Shown one piece after another: positions 1 through 7,685 of a stretch of DNA of 42,692 bases. The notes under the pieces are model-generated. The model was not told the origin of the DNA and did not search any database. It saw nothing but the letters and a program-made list of their open reading frames with translations. How positions within the stretch are numbered: the stretch's first letter is position 1; every line of letters begins with the position of its first letter. The DNA is taken from NCBI GenBank assembly GCA_944322835.1, contig CALUQF010000001.1, positions 1 through 42,692 of the forward strand, given 5' to 3'. A program made the translations under genes and the position numbers. The DNA comes from Candidatus Gastranaerophilales bacterium. GTDB taxonomy: Bacteria > Cyanobacteriota > Vampirovibrionia > Gastranaerophilales > Gastranaerophilaceae.

Positions 1-194
1 GGAATCCCTCTTGTATACAGTTCAACAAAATCATTTGCCGGGAAGAATTGTACAAGATTATTAAGCTTTGAAAATAAATCTTTACATCGCGAAATATTTT
101 AATTATTTTTAAAAATTTTATGGTACATTATAATAAGAAAATCCGTTATGGGGAATTAAGTTAGACTATCATAGGTTAGTATAGGAGATGTTTG

Positions 195-815
195 ATGCCT
201 AATTATTTAACGAAGGAAGAGATAAGACAGTGGCGAAGTTCTTTAGAAAAAATTACGCTTGAAGAATTTGCGGCAAGACTAGGGAAGGAAGTTGAAGAAA
301 GTAAACCGACTAATGATGTTGTTGACATTGTTATGTCAAAAGGAACTTCTTCAAATACAAGTTCACATATGAAAGATGGTTTTTCCAAAATAGCTGAGCG
401 TGCATTCAAAAGAGAACGTCAAATTTCTCATACCCCATTTTCTATACGCAAAAATGATTTAATAGTAAAAATTAGTACGAATGAGAATACTAAGCAAAAT
501 AAGATAGAAACAACTCTTAAGAAAAATACTAAGGCAGTTGAAGATAAAAGTGAAACAGTTTTGCAGAAAGTAGAAAGGCTGTCTAACCAAAAAGATACGC
601 AAATTATATTGAAAAAATCTTTGACAGACAGAGAACAAATGGTCTTTGAATATCTTTTAAATAATAAAGGGAAGACGGTTTTTGCAAAGGATTTGGCAAA
701 ATTGCTTGATTTACCACGAGATTATGTTTATAAATATATTAAAAATTTAAGAGCGAAAATTGATGGGGATAAATTAAAAAATGTTCCATCAGGTGGGTTT
801 GTTCTTACTGATTAG
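195..815 (+). CDS. Hypothetical protein with C-terminal winged helix-turn-helix DNA-binding domain
   Basis: AGGAG at 183-187 precedes ATG 195. C-terminus LTDREQMVFEYLLNNKGKTVFAKDLAKLL...VYKYIKNLRAKI...GGFVL resembles a wHTH domain. The middle is a low-complexity linker. Confidence 0.7.
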   Translation: MPNYLTKEEIRQWRSSLEKITLEEFAARLGKEVEESKPTNDVVDIVMSKGTSSNTSSHMKDGFSKIAERAFKRERQISHTPFSIRKNDLIVKISTNENTKQNKIETTLKKNTKAVEDKSETVLQKVERLSNQKDTQIILKKSLTDREQMVFEYLLNNKGKTVFAKDLAKLLDLPRDYVYKYIKNLRAKIDGDKLKNVPSGGFVLTD

Positions 816-818
816 AAG

Positions 819-1910
819 ATGAAAGTTGTTAATTTACTTGAATTTATTAATAATGCAAGAGACTTGTTTACCTTAGATTATGCAAGGTGTGACGGAGAGT
901 TGGTCAATTTTTTGGATTTAATGACAGAAGATGAGCAATTCACACAAAAAATAGATCTGGGTATAATTTTTGTAAATCAAAAAAGTATCGATCAATATAC
1001 AATTGTTGATGGTTTAAATAGAATTGTATCACTTTCCTTGCTGTTACATGCTATCTGTGAATGTTACAAAAAAACCACTGTACAAAATACAAAGGCTATA
1101 AAAACAATAAGAAATAAGTATTTAGTTCGCAATACCGCTTCAAAATTACATTTAAATGAGGCAGATAATGAGCTTTATAATAAAATTATAAACGGAGAAC
1201 GGCTATCTGGGCATGAAAAAGCACGCCCGATGTTTGTACTTTTACATAATTTTTGGTTACAAATAAAAGAGGAAAAATTGCAAGCCGCTAAAATTTTTAC
1301 GATGCTAAAAAAAATTTCGGTAACTCTTGTTGAAACAGACGATGTTTCAAAACGTAATTTATATTATAAGCTAAATAATTCAAGAAGCTTGAATCAGATA
1401 AGCTTGATAGAAGATTTTTTAAAAGAAAATGGTATTGAAAATGAATGGTTTGAAATAAGAAAGCGGTATTATCCTTCTGAGAATGATATAATATCTTTTT
1501 TAAAAGATTTTTTTGTGACGAAATTTCATTATAAACAATTTAAACCGGAAAGGCTTTATGAGAGTTTTGTAAATTATTTCGAGACAATGATGCAATATAT
1601 GTCAGAAGATGTGTTAATGAAACGCTTAAAGCGTTCTGCAGGATTGTATTATAATATTATCAATGTGAATTTTAATAATGATGAACTAAAGCGTATATTC
1701 ATCCAGATAAAAAAACATTCTGGTGAAGATACATATGCTTATATTTTGGACGTTTATGAAGATTATTGTGATAATAATATATCAGAGTCGACATTTTTAG
1801 AAATACTCCGCACAATAGATGAATACCTTCAAAACAGGCAGAATACCGGTAAGAATATTGAATTTAATGAACTTATTCAATATCTTAATGCTTTTCTTGC
1901 CTGTAAATAA
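819..1910 (+). CDS. DUF262 (GmrSD N-terminal, ParB/Srx-like) domain protein, divergent
   Basis: LGIIFV...YTIVDGLNRIVSLSLLL resembles the DUF262 DGQQR motif; LYYKLNN resembles the FxxxN motif. No C-terminal HNH motif seen. Confidence 0.65.
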   Translation: MKVVNLLEFINNARDLFTLDYARCDGELVNFLDLMTEDEQFTQKIDLGIIFVNQKSIDQYTIVDGLNRIVSLSLLLHAICECYKKTTVQNTKAIKTIRNKYLVRNTASKLHLNEADNELYNKIINGERLSGHEKARPMFVLLHNFWLQIKEEKLQAAKIFTMLKKISVTLVETDDVSKRNLYYKLNNSRSLNQISLIEDFLKENGIENEWFEIRKRYYPSENDIISFLKDFFVTKFHYKQFKPERLYESFVNYFETMMQYMSEDVLMKRLKRSAGLYYNIINVNFNNDELKRIFIQIKKHSGEDTYAYILDVYEDYCDNNISESTFLEILRTIDEYLQNRQNTGKNIEFNELIQYLNAFLACK

Positions 1911-2008
1911 TTTAAAATCGGAAAATATATTAATAACAAATTTTTAAATCGTTTTATACTATTAATATAGATTGGAATTAGGAAAATAATAATTATTTGG
2001 AGGTAATT

Positions 2009-2299
2009 ATGGAGAAGAGCCATAATAATTTGCTGGCTGTTTATGAAAAAATATTTAATGAAGTATATTATGCAGATACAATAGTTGAGATGCTTCGTCA
2101 AGCTTGTCAGGATAAAGAGTTTAGTGGTCAATATTATGGGATTTCAAAAGAAATCGCATTAAAATTAAGCGAAGAACGTAATCACTATATTAATATGCTT
2201 GATTTATTATCTGAGCGAATAACTAATATAAAAACTCTAAATTTATTATTGGAGCAGGCTATTATGCTACAACAGTACACCCACAATAGCTGCAGATAG
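2009..2299 (+). CDS. Hypothetical protein (helical)
   Basis: GGAGG RBS before ATG 2009; the 3' end overlaps the convergent nupC by 33 bp. Confidence 0.6.
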   Translation: MEKSHNNLLAVYEKIFNEVYYADTIVEMLRQACQDKEFSGQYYGISKEIALKLSEERNHYINMLDLLSERITNIKTLNLLLEQAIMLQQYTHNSCR

Positions 2300-3535
2300 G
2301 TAGCAGCTTAATGTTCCGCAAATCAGCGCTCTCAGCCCCAGTCTGGCAAGGTTTTTCTTTTGGTTTGGAGCCAACTCTCCAATACCGCCAATTTGTATCG
2401 CAATAGAGCCGAAATTACCGAAGCTGCACAGAGCAAAGCTTGCAATCATGAAACTCTTTGGTGTAAGTGTTTGAGCGATGTTTGTTAAATCAACATACGC
2501 TACCATTTCGTTAAGAACTAGTTTGGTTCCCATCAAGGCTCCGACAGCAGATGCATCTTTGAAAGGTACACCTATAATAATTGCAAAAATAGCAAATATT
2601 TTTCCAAGAATAAGTTTAAGTGATAAATGACTTAAAAACGTTAAGTGCGAACAGCCCGGGCAGAATTTATATAAGAGCATTCCTCCTAGACCAAGACCCC
2701 AATCAATAAAGGCTACGAGTGCTACGAGAGCTAAAATCATTGCTGTAACATTAATGGCGACTTTCATACCTTCAGATGCGCCATTTGAAATAGCTTCAAA
2801 AATATTTGTGAAAGTTCTTCTTTTAGAAATTCTTATATGATCTCTGGTTTCCGGTTCCCCTGTTTCCGGGTAAATGATTTTTGATAGAATCATTGCACCC
2901 GGTGCTGCCATTATAGAAGATGCCAATATATAATGTGCAGGGATACCCATGCCTATATAAATCGGCATTATAGCACCGGAGATACATGCCATACTCCCGG
3001 ACATTGAAGCTAAAAGTTCGGAGCGGGTTAATTTTTCCAAATAGGGCTTAATCATTATTTGTGCGAGTATTTGGCCGACAAAGGAGCTTGCTACGTTAGA
3101 TAAAGCTTCTGCGCCTGATACATGCATAATTTTATTCATAGCTTTGCCTAAAGCTGCTACTACACGCTGCATAATACCGTAATAGTATAAAATATTAACA
3201 AGTACCATCATAAAAATATTAGTGCATATAAGTTGTACCGCAAAAATACTGCTTCCTGCACCAAACAATTCACTTAAACGAGCCTTCTGTAAAAGCGGAC
3301 CAAATACAAATAATCCGCCTTCTGTTGCAAATTCCAAGATTTTTTGAATAAAAAGTCCTATCATTAAGAATATTTTTTGACCGAGAGGTACTTTAAATAT
3401 AAATACAGCAAATAGAATTTGTAGTACAAAACCTGTAATAATTGTTTTGTAATTAATGGCTTTTCTGTTGTTTGACATTAGAAAAACAATTAAAAATATT
3501 ACTACAATACCTATTATGCCAATAAATCTTTCCAT
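2267..3535 (-). CDS. nupC: NupC/NupG family concentrative nucleoside transporter (CNT)
   Basis: Motifs SNNRKAI, GAEALSNVASSFVGQ, ASSIMAAPG, GTKLVLNEMVAY, FALCSFGNFGSIAIQIGGIG. Confidence 0.93.
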   Translation of the reverse strand: MERFIGIIGIVVIFLIVFLMSNNRKAINYKTIITGFVLQILFAVFIFKVPLGQKIFLMIGLFIQKILEFATEGGLFVFGPLLQKARLSELFGAGSSIFAVQLICTNIFMMVLVNILYYYGIMQRVVAALGKAMNKIMHVSGAEALSNVASSFVGQILAQIMIKPYLEKLTRSELLASMSGSMACISGAIMPIYIGMGIPAHYILASSIMAAPGAMILSKIIYPETGEPETRDHIRISKRRTFTNIFEAISNGASEGMKVAINVTAMILALVALVAFIDWGLGLGGMLLYKFCPGCSHLTFLSHLSLKLILGKIFAIFAIIIGVPFKDASAVGALMGTKLVLNEMVAYVDLTNIAQTLTPKSFMIASFALCSFGNFGSIAIQIGGIGELAPNQKKNLARLGLRALICGTLSCYLSAAIVGVLL

Positions 3536-3576
3536 CCCGACTCCTGCTCTTTTATGTGAATATTTTATATTATAGC

Positions 3577-3607
3577 AAAAAAGCTGTCTTTTAAATCAGG
3601 CAGCTTT
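3577..3607 (-). terminator. Intrinsic terminator after the pilin-like gene
   Basis: On the minus strand AAAGCTGCCT-loop-AGACAGCTTT followed by a T tract, right at the stop codon. Confidence 0.65.
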
Positions 3608-4364
3608 AATATAATTTACAATTTAAAATATTTTGTAACTGTTGGTATACGACTTTCCAATCATTGTCCATAATAGATCCGGCACAAGAATGACCATTAT
3701 AAACACCATCTTCGTCGCACCGTGCCCAGTTTTGCTCCCATTGCGGTTTATCTCCATACTTTCCGTATGCCTGTACTTGCAATTTACCACCATTAGGAAT
3801 CATTGCACCTGTATCGTCTACATTAAAGCGAAAGATGTCTTTACCTAAACGATTTGGTTTAACATCTACACCATTTATATCGTAAAAGATTACGGCAAAT
3901 GTTCCTTTATAAGCACCGTTTGCTCGAAATCCATTTTGTTCATTTCTATAATTATTTAAAGTTGCTCTATCATATAATGATAGATAAAAATCATCACCGC
4001 CTTTCATGCGGAATATAGGTCCGTCATCGGTCATGTTTATAGATTCTGTACCGTCGTAGCTTTTGGGTTCCAATTCGACATCTTCTTTTGTTTCCATAAG
4101 TGTAGACCCGGCTACATATTTAGATAATTCATCAAAGTAAGTTTCAGCGTCCAAATCCGTAACAGCACTAAGCCTGCTTGCTTCATTTGCAGCTAGTATT
4201 TGTTGGTGGGCATTTTCCATTGTGCTCATAAACTTTCGTAGAGTTGGACCGGTTTTGGCATTATTAAAATCGCTTATTAAGGCTGGAGTTGTCAAAGCTG
4301 CAACAACACCAATAATACCAAGGGTTATAAGTACTTCTGCCAACGTAAAACCTTGTCTTTTCAT
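3606..4364 (-). CDS. Type IV pilin-like protein (prepilin N-terminal cleavage/methylation domain)
   Basis: MKRQG|FTLAEVLITLGIIGVVAALTTP is a class III signal with Glu5. It has a DINGxxxxPNxxGKDIF motif and a C-terminal Cys pair. AGGAGAG RBS. Confidence 0.93.
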   Translation of the reverse strand: MKRQGFTLAEVLITLGIIGVVAALTTPALISDFNNAKTGPTLRKFMSTMENAHQQILAANEASRLSAVTDLDAETYFDELSKYVAGSTLMETKEDVELEPKSYDGTESINMTDDGPIFRMKGGDDFYLSLYDRATLNNYRNEQNGFRANGAYKGTFAVIFYDINGVDVKPNRLGKDIFRFNVDDTGAMIPNGGKLQVQAYGKYGDKPQWEQNWARCDEDGVYNGHSCAGSIMDNDWKVVYQQLQNILNCKLY

Positions 4365-4389
4365 ATGTTTTCTCTCCTATTGTTTTATC

Positions 4390-4426
4390 ACATTGAATGT
4401 AACTTAATACCTATTGTGTTACATTA
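4390..4426. repeat. Left copy of 37-bp inverted repeat (candidate recombination site or operator)
   Basis: ACATTG-AATGTAACTTAATA-CC-TATTGTGTTACATT-A; its reverse complement matches 5105-5141 at 35/37 positions. Confidence 0.9.
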
Positions 4427-4433
4427 GACGAGT

Positions 4434-4462
4434 ATTATTCCCTTGTTTCCCTGTGGTGACAA
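4434..4462 (-). promoter_or_regulatory. Putative sigma70-type promoter facing the pilin gene
   Basis: Minus strand TTGTCA (4462-4457), 17-bp spacer, AATAAT (4439-4434), ending 7 bp before the left repeat. Confidence 0.5.
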
Positions 4463-4572
4463 TTACTTGAGATGAATTTGGTTTATAAAGGTTAATATTC
4501 CATCCAGAATTAGAGATTTCATACGAGTTTTGGAATCCTCATAGCAAGAGAAAGCCAACTAGGCCCGCCATT

Positions 4573-4820
4573 CCCTCTACCTGCGGGAGAGGAGCAGCCG
4601 TGTTTGAGACCGTGTCGAAAACTACGGATGCGGTGAGGGGGCTATTCATACTATCTAGGTAGTATATTATCGGCTAGGATAGAAGTCGTATAGTAACACA
4701 TGTATCTGTATTTTAATGACTTTATATGAGGTGAGAGATTGTATAGCCCCCTCACCCGAATTTCTAAGTTTCGCAGTAGCTCAACTTGAAATTCTTCCCT
4801 CTCCTGTAAGGCGAGGGGGG
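4573..4820. repeat. Inverted pair of REP-like CCCCTCACC/CCCTCTCC..GGAGAGG elements, each with an inserted hairpin
   Basis: GGTGAGGGGGCTAT (4632-4645) and ATAGCCCCCTCACC (4743-4756) are perfect reverse complements. Outer hairpins are CCCTCTACC-TGC-GGGAGAGG (4573-4592) and CCCTCTCCT-GTA-AGGCGAGGG (4797-4817). The same family occurs at 18369-18400. Confidence 0.75.
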
Positions 4821-4847
4821 CTTCCACGCCTGGTATAGAGCAGTAAA

Positions 4848-4872
4848 GTAAGGTGCGTCGTTTTGACGCACC
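4848..4872 (+). repeat. GTAG-family-like REP palindrome
   Basis: GTAA followed by GGTGCGTC-GTTTT-GACGCACC, a perfect 8-bp stem. Confidence 0.55.
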
Positions 4873-5069
4873 AATAACCTATATATAATTTATTTGAACA
4901 GTAGTACCTACTGTGCGAGGGAGCATGCTACGCATGGCGTGCAACTTACCCGCTTCGTCAGATTGACCTCTGTGTAGAAAAAGCTCCTTCTTTGAATTCG
5001 GGGGATGGTTCCTTTCTTTTACTGCCATAGAGCATATTTACATCTTTCTTAAAAAAATAGAAATCAGGA

Positions 5070-5099
5070 TTGCCAAAATGCAGTAAATTATGATAACAT
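5070..5099 (+). promoter_or_regulatory. Putative sigma70-type extended -10 promoter facing away from the pilin gene
   Basis: TTGCCA (5070-5075), 18-bp spacer, TGn-TAACAT (5091-5099), ending 5 bp before the right repeat. No ORF lies downstream on +. Confidence 0.5.
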
Positions 5100-5104
5100 T
5101 AAGG

Positions 5105-5141
5105 TAATGTAACACAATAGGTATTATGTTACATTTAATGT
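5105..5141. repeat. Right copy of 37-bp inverted repeat
   Basis: T-AATGTAACACAATA-GG-TATTATGTTACATT-TAATGT; the arms are 13/14 palindromic around GG. Confidence 0.9.
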
Positions 5142-5284
5142 AATTAAATTTTAAAATTATTCTGTTTTATAAGTGATTTATTATTACAATGAATTACAGG
5201 CTACTTTTTGTTAGCTAAGCCTGCCTGTTCAGTAAGTTATTTTTTATTCGAATAATCATCCTCTTTGATAAAGAATGGCTATAG

Positions 5285-5995
5285 TTATAATGATTTAGTA
5301 AAAACTGTTTTTACATAATAATTTTCATCATTTTGCAGCTGTTGTTTTAATTCCGGCAATATGTCCGACAAGATAAGTATCTGAGCAGTTTTCTCCCTGA
5401 TAGTATATTCTTTTTGTGCCGCCGATTTAGAAAGAATTTCCTCTAACAAGTTTTGGGGAACATATGAATAAAAATTTTTCAGGGTTTCAAGACACCAGTA
5501 AAGCTTAAAAAGCTGTTTATTAATAACATATTTCTTATCCCTAAAGATGAAACTATCAAGTTCTTTTAAAGCTTCATTTGCAATTTTTATGATTTCATTT
5601 GTGTATTCATTTGCAAAACCTTTCATATTTCTCATTAAACTTGCGGAATCAACTACAAGCCTGCAAATATTTGCGTTTATGTCTATTGTTGCATTAGCAA
5701 AAATTTTGGGATAGTTAAAAAATTTATATACATTTTGTTTTTCACTCAGAATTTGATAAATTTTTAAGACAACGGCTTCTCTAATTTTACCATCGCATCC
5801 CGTAAGATTTGAAATAAGGGCCAGAGCGTCTTCTTTTGAATATACGTAGTCTAATTTTAAAGCCGCAATTTGCTTTTGCGGAATGTTACCATTTTTTAAC
5901 ATTTCAATTAACTCTGTATGCGAAAAATTCCTGTCGCACATATCACATGCCTGGTAAAAATTTGTGTCTAAATCTGCATAAAAACCTGTATTCAA
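5285..5995 (-). CDS. Hypothetical protein, HEAT/ARM-repeat-like
   Basis: Helical motifs such as DGKIREAV, EYTIREKTA, DENYYVK. Start placed at TTG 5995 after AGGGA; the longer ORF to 6124 would collide with the divergent gene. Confidence 0.65.
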   Translation of the reverse strand: MNTGFYADLDTNFYQACDMCDRNFSHTELIEMLKNGNIPQKQIAALKLDYVYSKEDALALISNLTGCDGKIREAVVLKIYQILSEKQNVYKFFNYPKIFANATIDINANICRLVVDSASLMRNMKGFANEYTNEIIKIANEALKELDSFIFRDKKYVINKQLFKLYWCLETLKNFYSYVPQNLLEEILSKSAAQKEYTIREKTAQILILSDILPELKQQLQNDENYYVKTVFTKSL

Positions 5996-6122
5996 ATCTA
6001 TATCCCTATTAGTGTATAATATTATAATAGCATAAGGTGTAATGAATTTGGAATAAAAAATAGTTTTAATGTATGATAAGCGAAGGAAAAAATGCTGTAT
6101 AATATTCTTTAAGGAGACTATC

Positions 6123-6287
6123 ATGAATATATTTGAAACAATAATAAATAAAATATTAATATTTGAAAAAGAGCCGCAAAAAATAGGGTTATCACAGCTT
6201 AAAAAGCCTGTTGAAGTGAAGAAACCAGAACCGTCAATAAAGAATAAGGACGTAAAATTATCTGACCTAATGCGCCGTGCAGGCTAG
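6123..6287 (+). CDS. Small hypothetical protein (54 aa)
   Basis: Strong AAGGAG RBS before ATG 6123 (MNIFETIINK...). Confidence 0.65.
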   Translation: MNIFETIINKILIFEKEPQKIGLSQLKKPVEVKKPEPSIKNKDVKLSDLMRRAG

Positions 6288-6487
6288 AACAATAAATCTT
6301 TAGCAGTATTATTTAAAGATATAAAATTAGTTTATTTTACATAGAATAATTATTCCTGAAAAGTCAATCCGGGTCTTTTAAAATTTTATCTATTTAGCGA
6401 TAAAGCACAGCTTTACCTCAACTTAAAACGGGTAAGTAAATGTTATATCCAGTTGCTCAGTTGCTTTACCCCTTTTACCTTTATCCC

Positions 6488-7333
6488 TTACCCCTTTACG
6501 GCGCCGTCATTTTCACCGGAGATAAAAAATCTTTGCATTGCAAGAAAAAATACTATTATGGGAATTGTTGAAATAATCGACCCCGCGGCTATAAATCTCC
6601 AATTTGAAGAAAACATACCCTGAAGATTATTTATCCCGACAGGAAGGGTATACATACTGTCTTTAGTAAGCATAATACTTGGCCACAAAAATTCCCCCCA
6701 GGAACCTATAAAAGTAAACACCGCAAGAACAGCTAAAGTTGGTTTTACCATCGGAATAACAACGCGCCAAAACATTTGAAAAACATTACATCCATCAACA
6801 ATTGCAGCTTCTTCGACTTCTTTAGGAACTTTTAAAAAAGCCTGACGCATTAAAAATATTCCAAAAGCGCTTACAGCAAACGGCATAACAAGGCCTATAT
6901 ACCCCATAATTCTATTTACACTATCAATAAGATGCAGTTTAAGAGTTATTATATATACAGGCAGCATTATTGCCTGAAACGGTATCATAATCGTACCAAG
7001 AATAGCAAAAAAGACGAATTTCTTACCTCTAAAATTCATTCTGGCAAGAGGATAAGCGGCAAGTGATGATAAAATAAGATTAAGAATAACGGTTAAAGCC
7101 GCAACAATAACACTATTCCAAAAATATGCCATAAAATCGACCTTACCCCAAACATCTATATAATTCTGCCAGGTAAAATCTATAGGAATAATCTTTGGCG
7201 GATACGCAAAAATATCTTCACCCAAACCTTTAAGAGAAGTAGATGTCAGCCATATAAACGGAAATATCGATAAAAGCGATACCAAAATAAGTATTGTATG
7301 TATAATAGTTTTACCGGTAATTTTTTTTAACAT
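6488..7333 (-). CDS. Carbohydrate ABC transporter permease (MalG/UgpE-like)
   Basis: EAA motif (EVEEAAIVDGCN), AAYPLAR, WGEFLWP, TLPVG. Start at ATG 7333 after GGGAG. Confidence 0.93.
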   Translation of the reverse strand: MLKKITGKTIIHTILILVSLLSIFPFIWLTSTSLKGLGEDIFAYPPKIIPIDFTWQNYIDVWGKVDFMAYFWNSVIVAALTVILNLILSSLAAYPLARMNFRGKKFVFFAILGTIMIPFQAIMLPVYIITLKLHLIDSVNRIMGYIGLVMPFAVSAFGIFLMRQAFLKVPKEVEEAAIVDGCNVFQMFWRVVIPMVKPTLAVLAVFTFIGSWGEFLWPSIMLTKDSMYTLPVGINNLQGMFSSNWRFIAAGSIISTIPIIVFFLAMQRFFISGENDGAVKG

Positions 7334-7337
7334 TCCG

Positions 7338-7664
7338 CTAATTCTCCCATTTTTTGGGGTCAAATTTAAAATCTACAACACGCATTTTAAGAGTTTTTAA
7401 ATACGGCTCAAACTTTTTTAATAAAATAACCTTATACAAAGAAAGCTCCTGTGCAACAATATGATTTTGGCAGGCAATTACCATTATTCCTCCCGGAAGC
7501 ATTGAAAAAGGTTTAGACTTATTCTTAAATTTTTCAGGAAGAATCTTGTCCCAGAAACTATAAAGATTTGTTCTTGTAACTGCTTTTTTGAACTGAGGAG
7601 AATCCATCATTTCTTTTATGATGGTGTCTACTCCTTCAAAATCTGTGTATAAAACTTTCTTCAT
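7338..7664 (-). CDS. DUF721/DciA family protein
   Basis: Short basic protein with W..I....., G.MVIACQNHIVAQEL...K..LLKK pattern typical of DUF721. Confidence 0.6.
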   Translation of the reverse strand: MKKVLYTDFEGVDTIIKEMMDSPQFKKAVTRTNLYSFWDKILPEKFKNKSKPFSMLPGGIMVIACQNHIVAQELSLYKVILLKKFEPYLKTLKMRVVDFKFDPKKWEN

Positions 7665-7685
7665 TGTTTATGGTAATATAATTCT

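Noticed and set aside
4390-5141. Inverted repeats as MITE/IS terminal inverted repeats
   Set aside because: No flanking target-site duplication was seen, and each repeat is internally palindromic, which fits a recombinase or operator site better. Not fully excluded.
4390-5141. CRISPR array or NtcA box
   Set aside because: There are only two copies, inverted and about 680 bp apart, with no cas genes. The GTA...TAC spacings do not match the NtcA GTA-N8-TAC box.
5996-6124. N-terminal extensions in the ORF track (5285..6124, 6069..6287; likewise 9423, 12685, 20737, 21328, 38398)
   Set aside because: Better RBS-supported starts lie downstream, and the extensions cross promoter regions or neighbouring genes.
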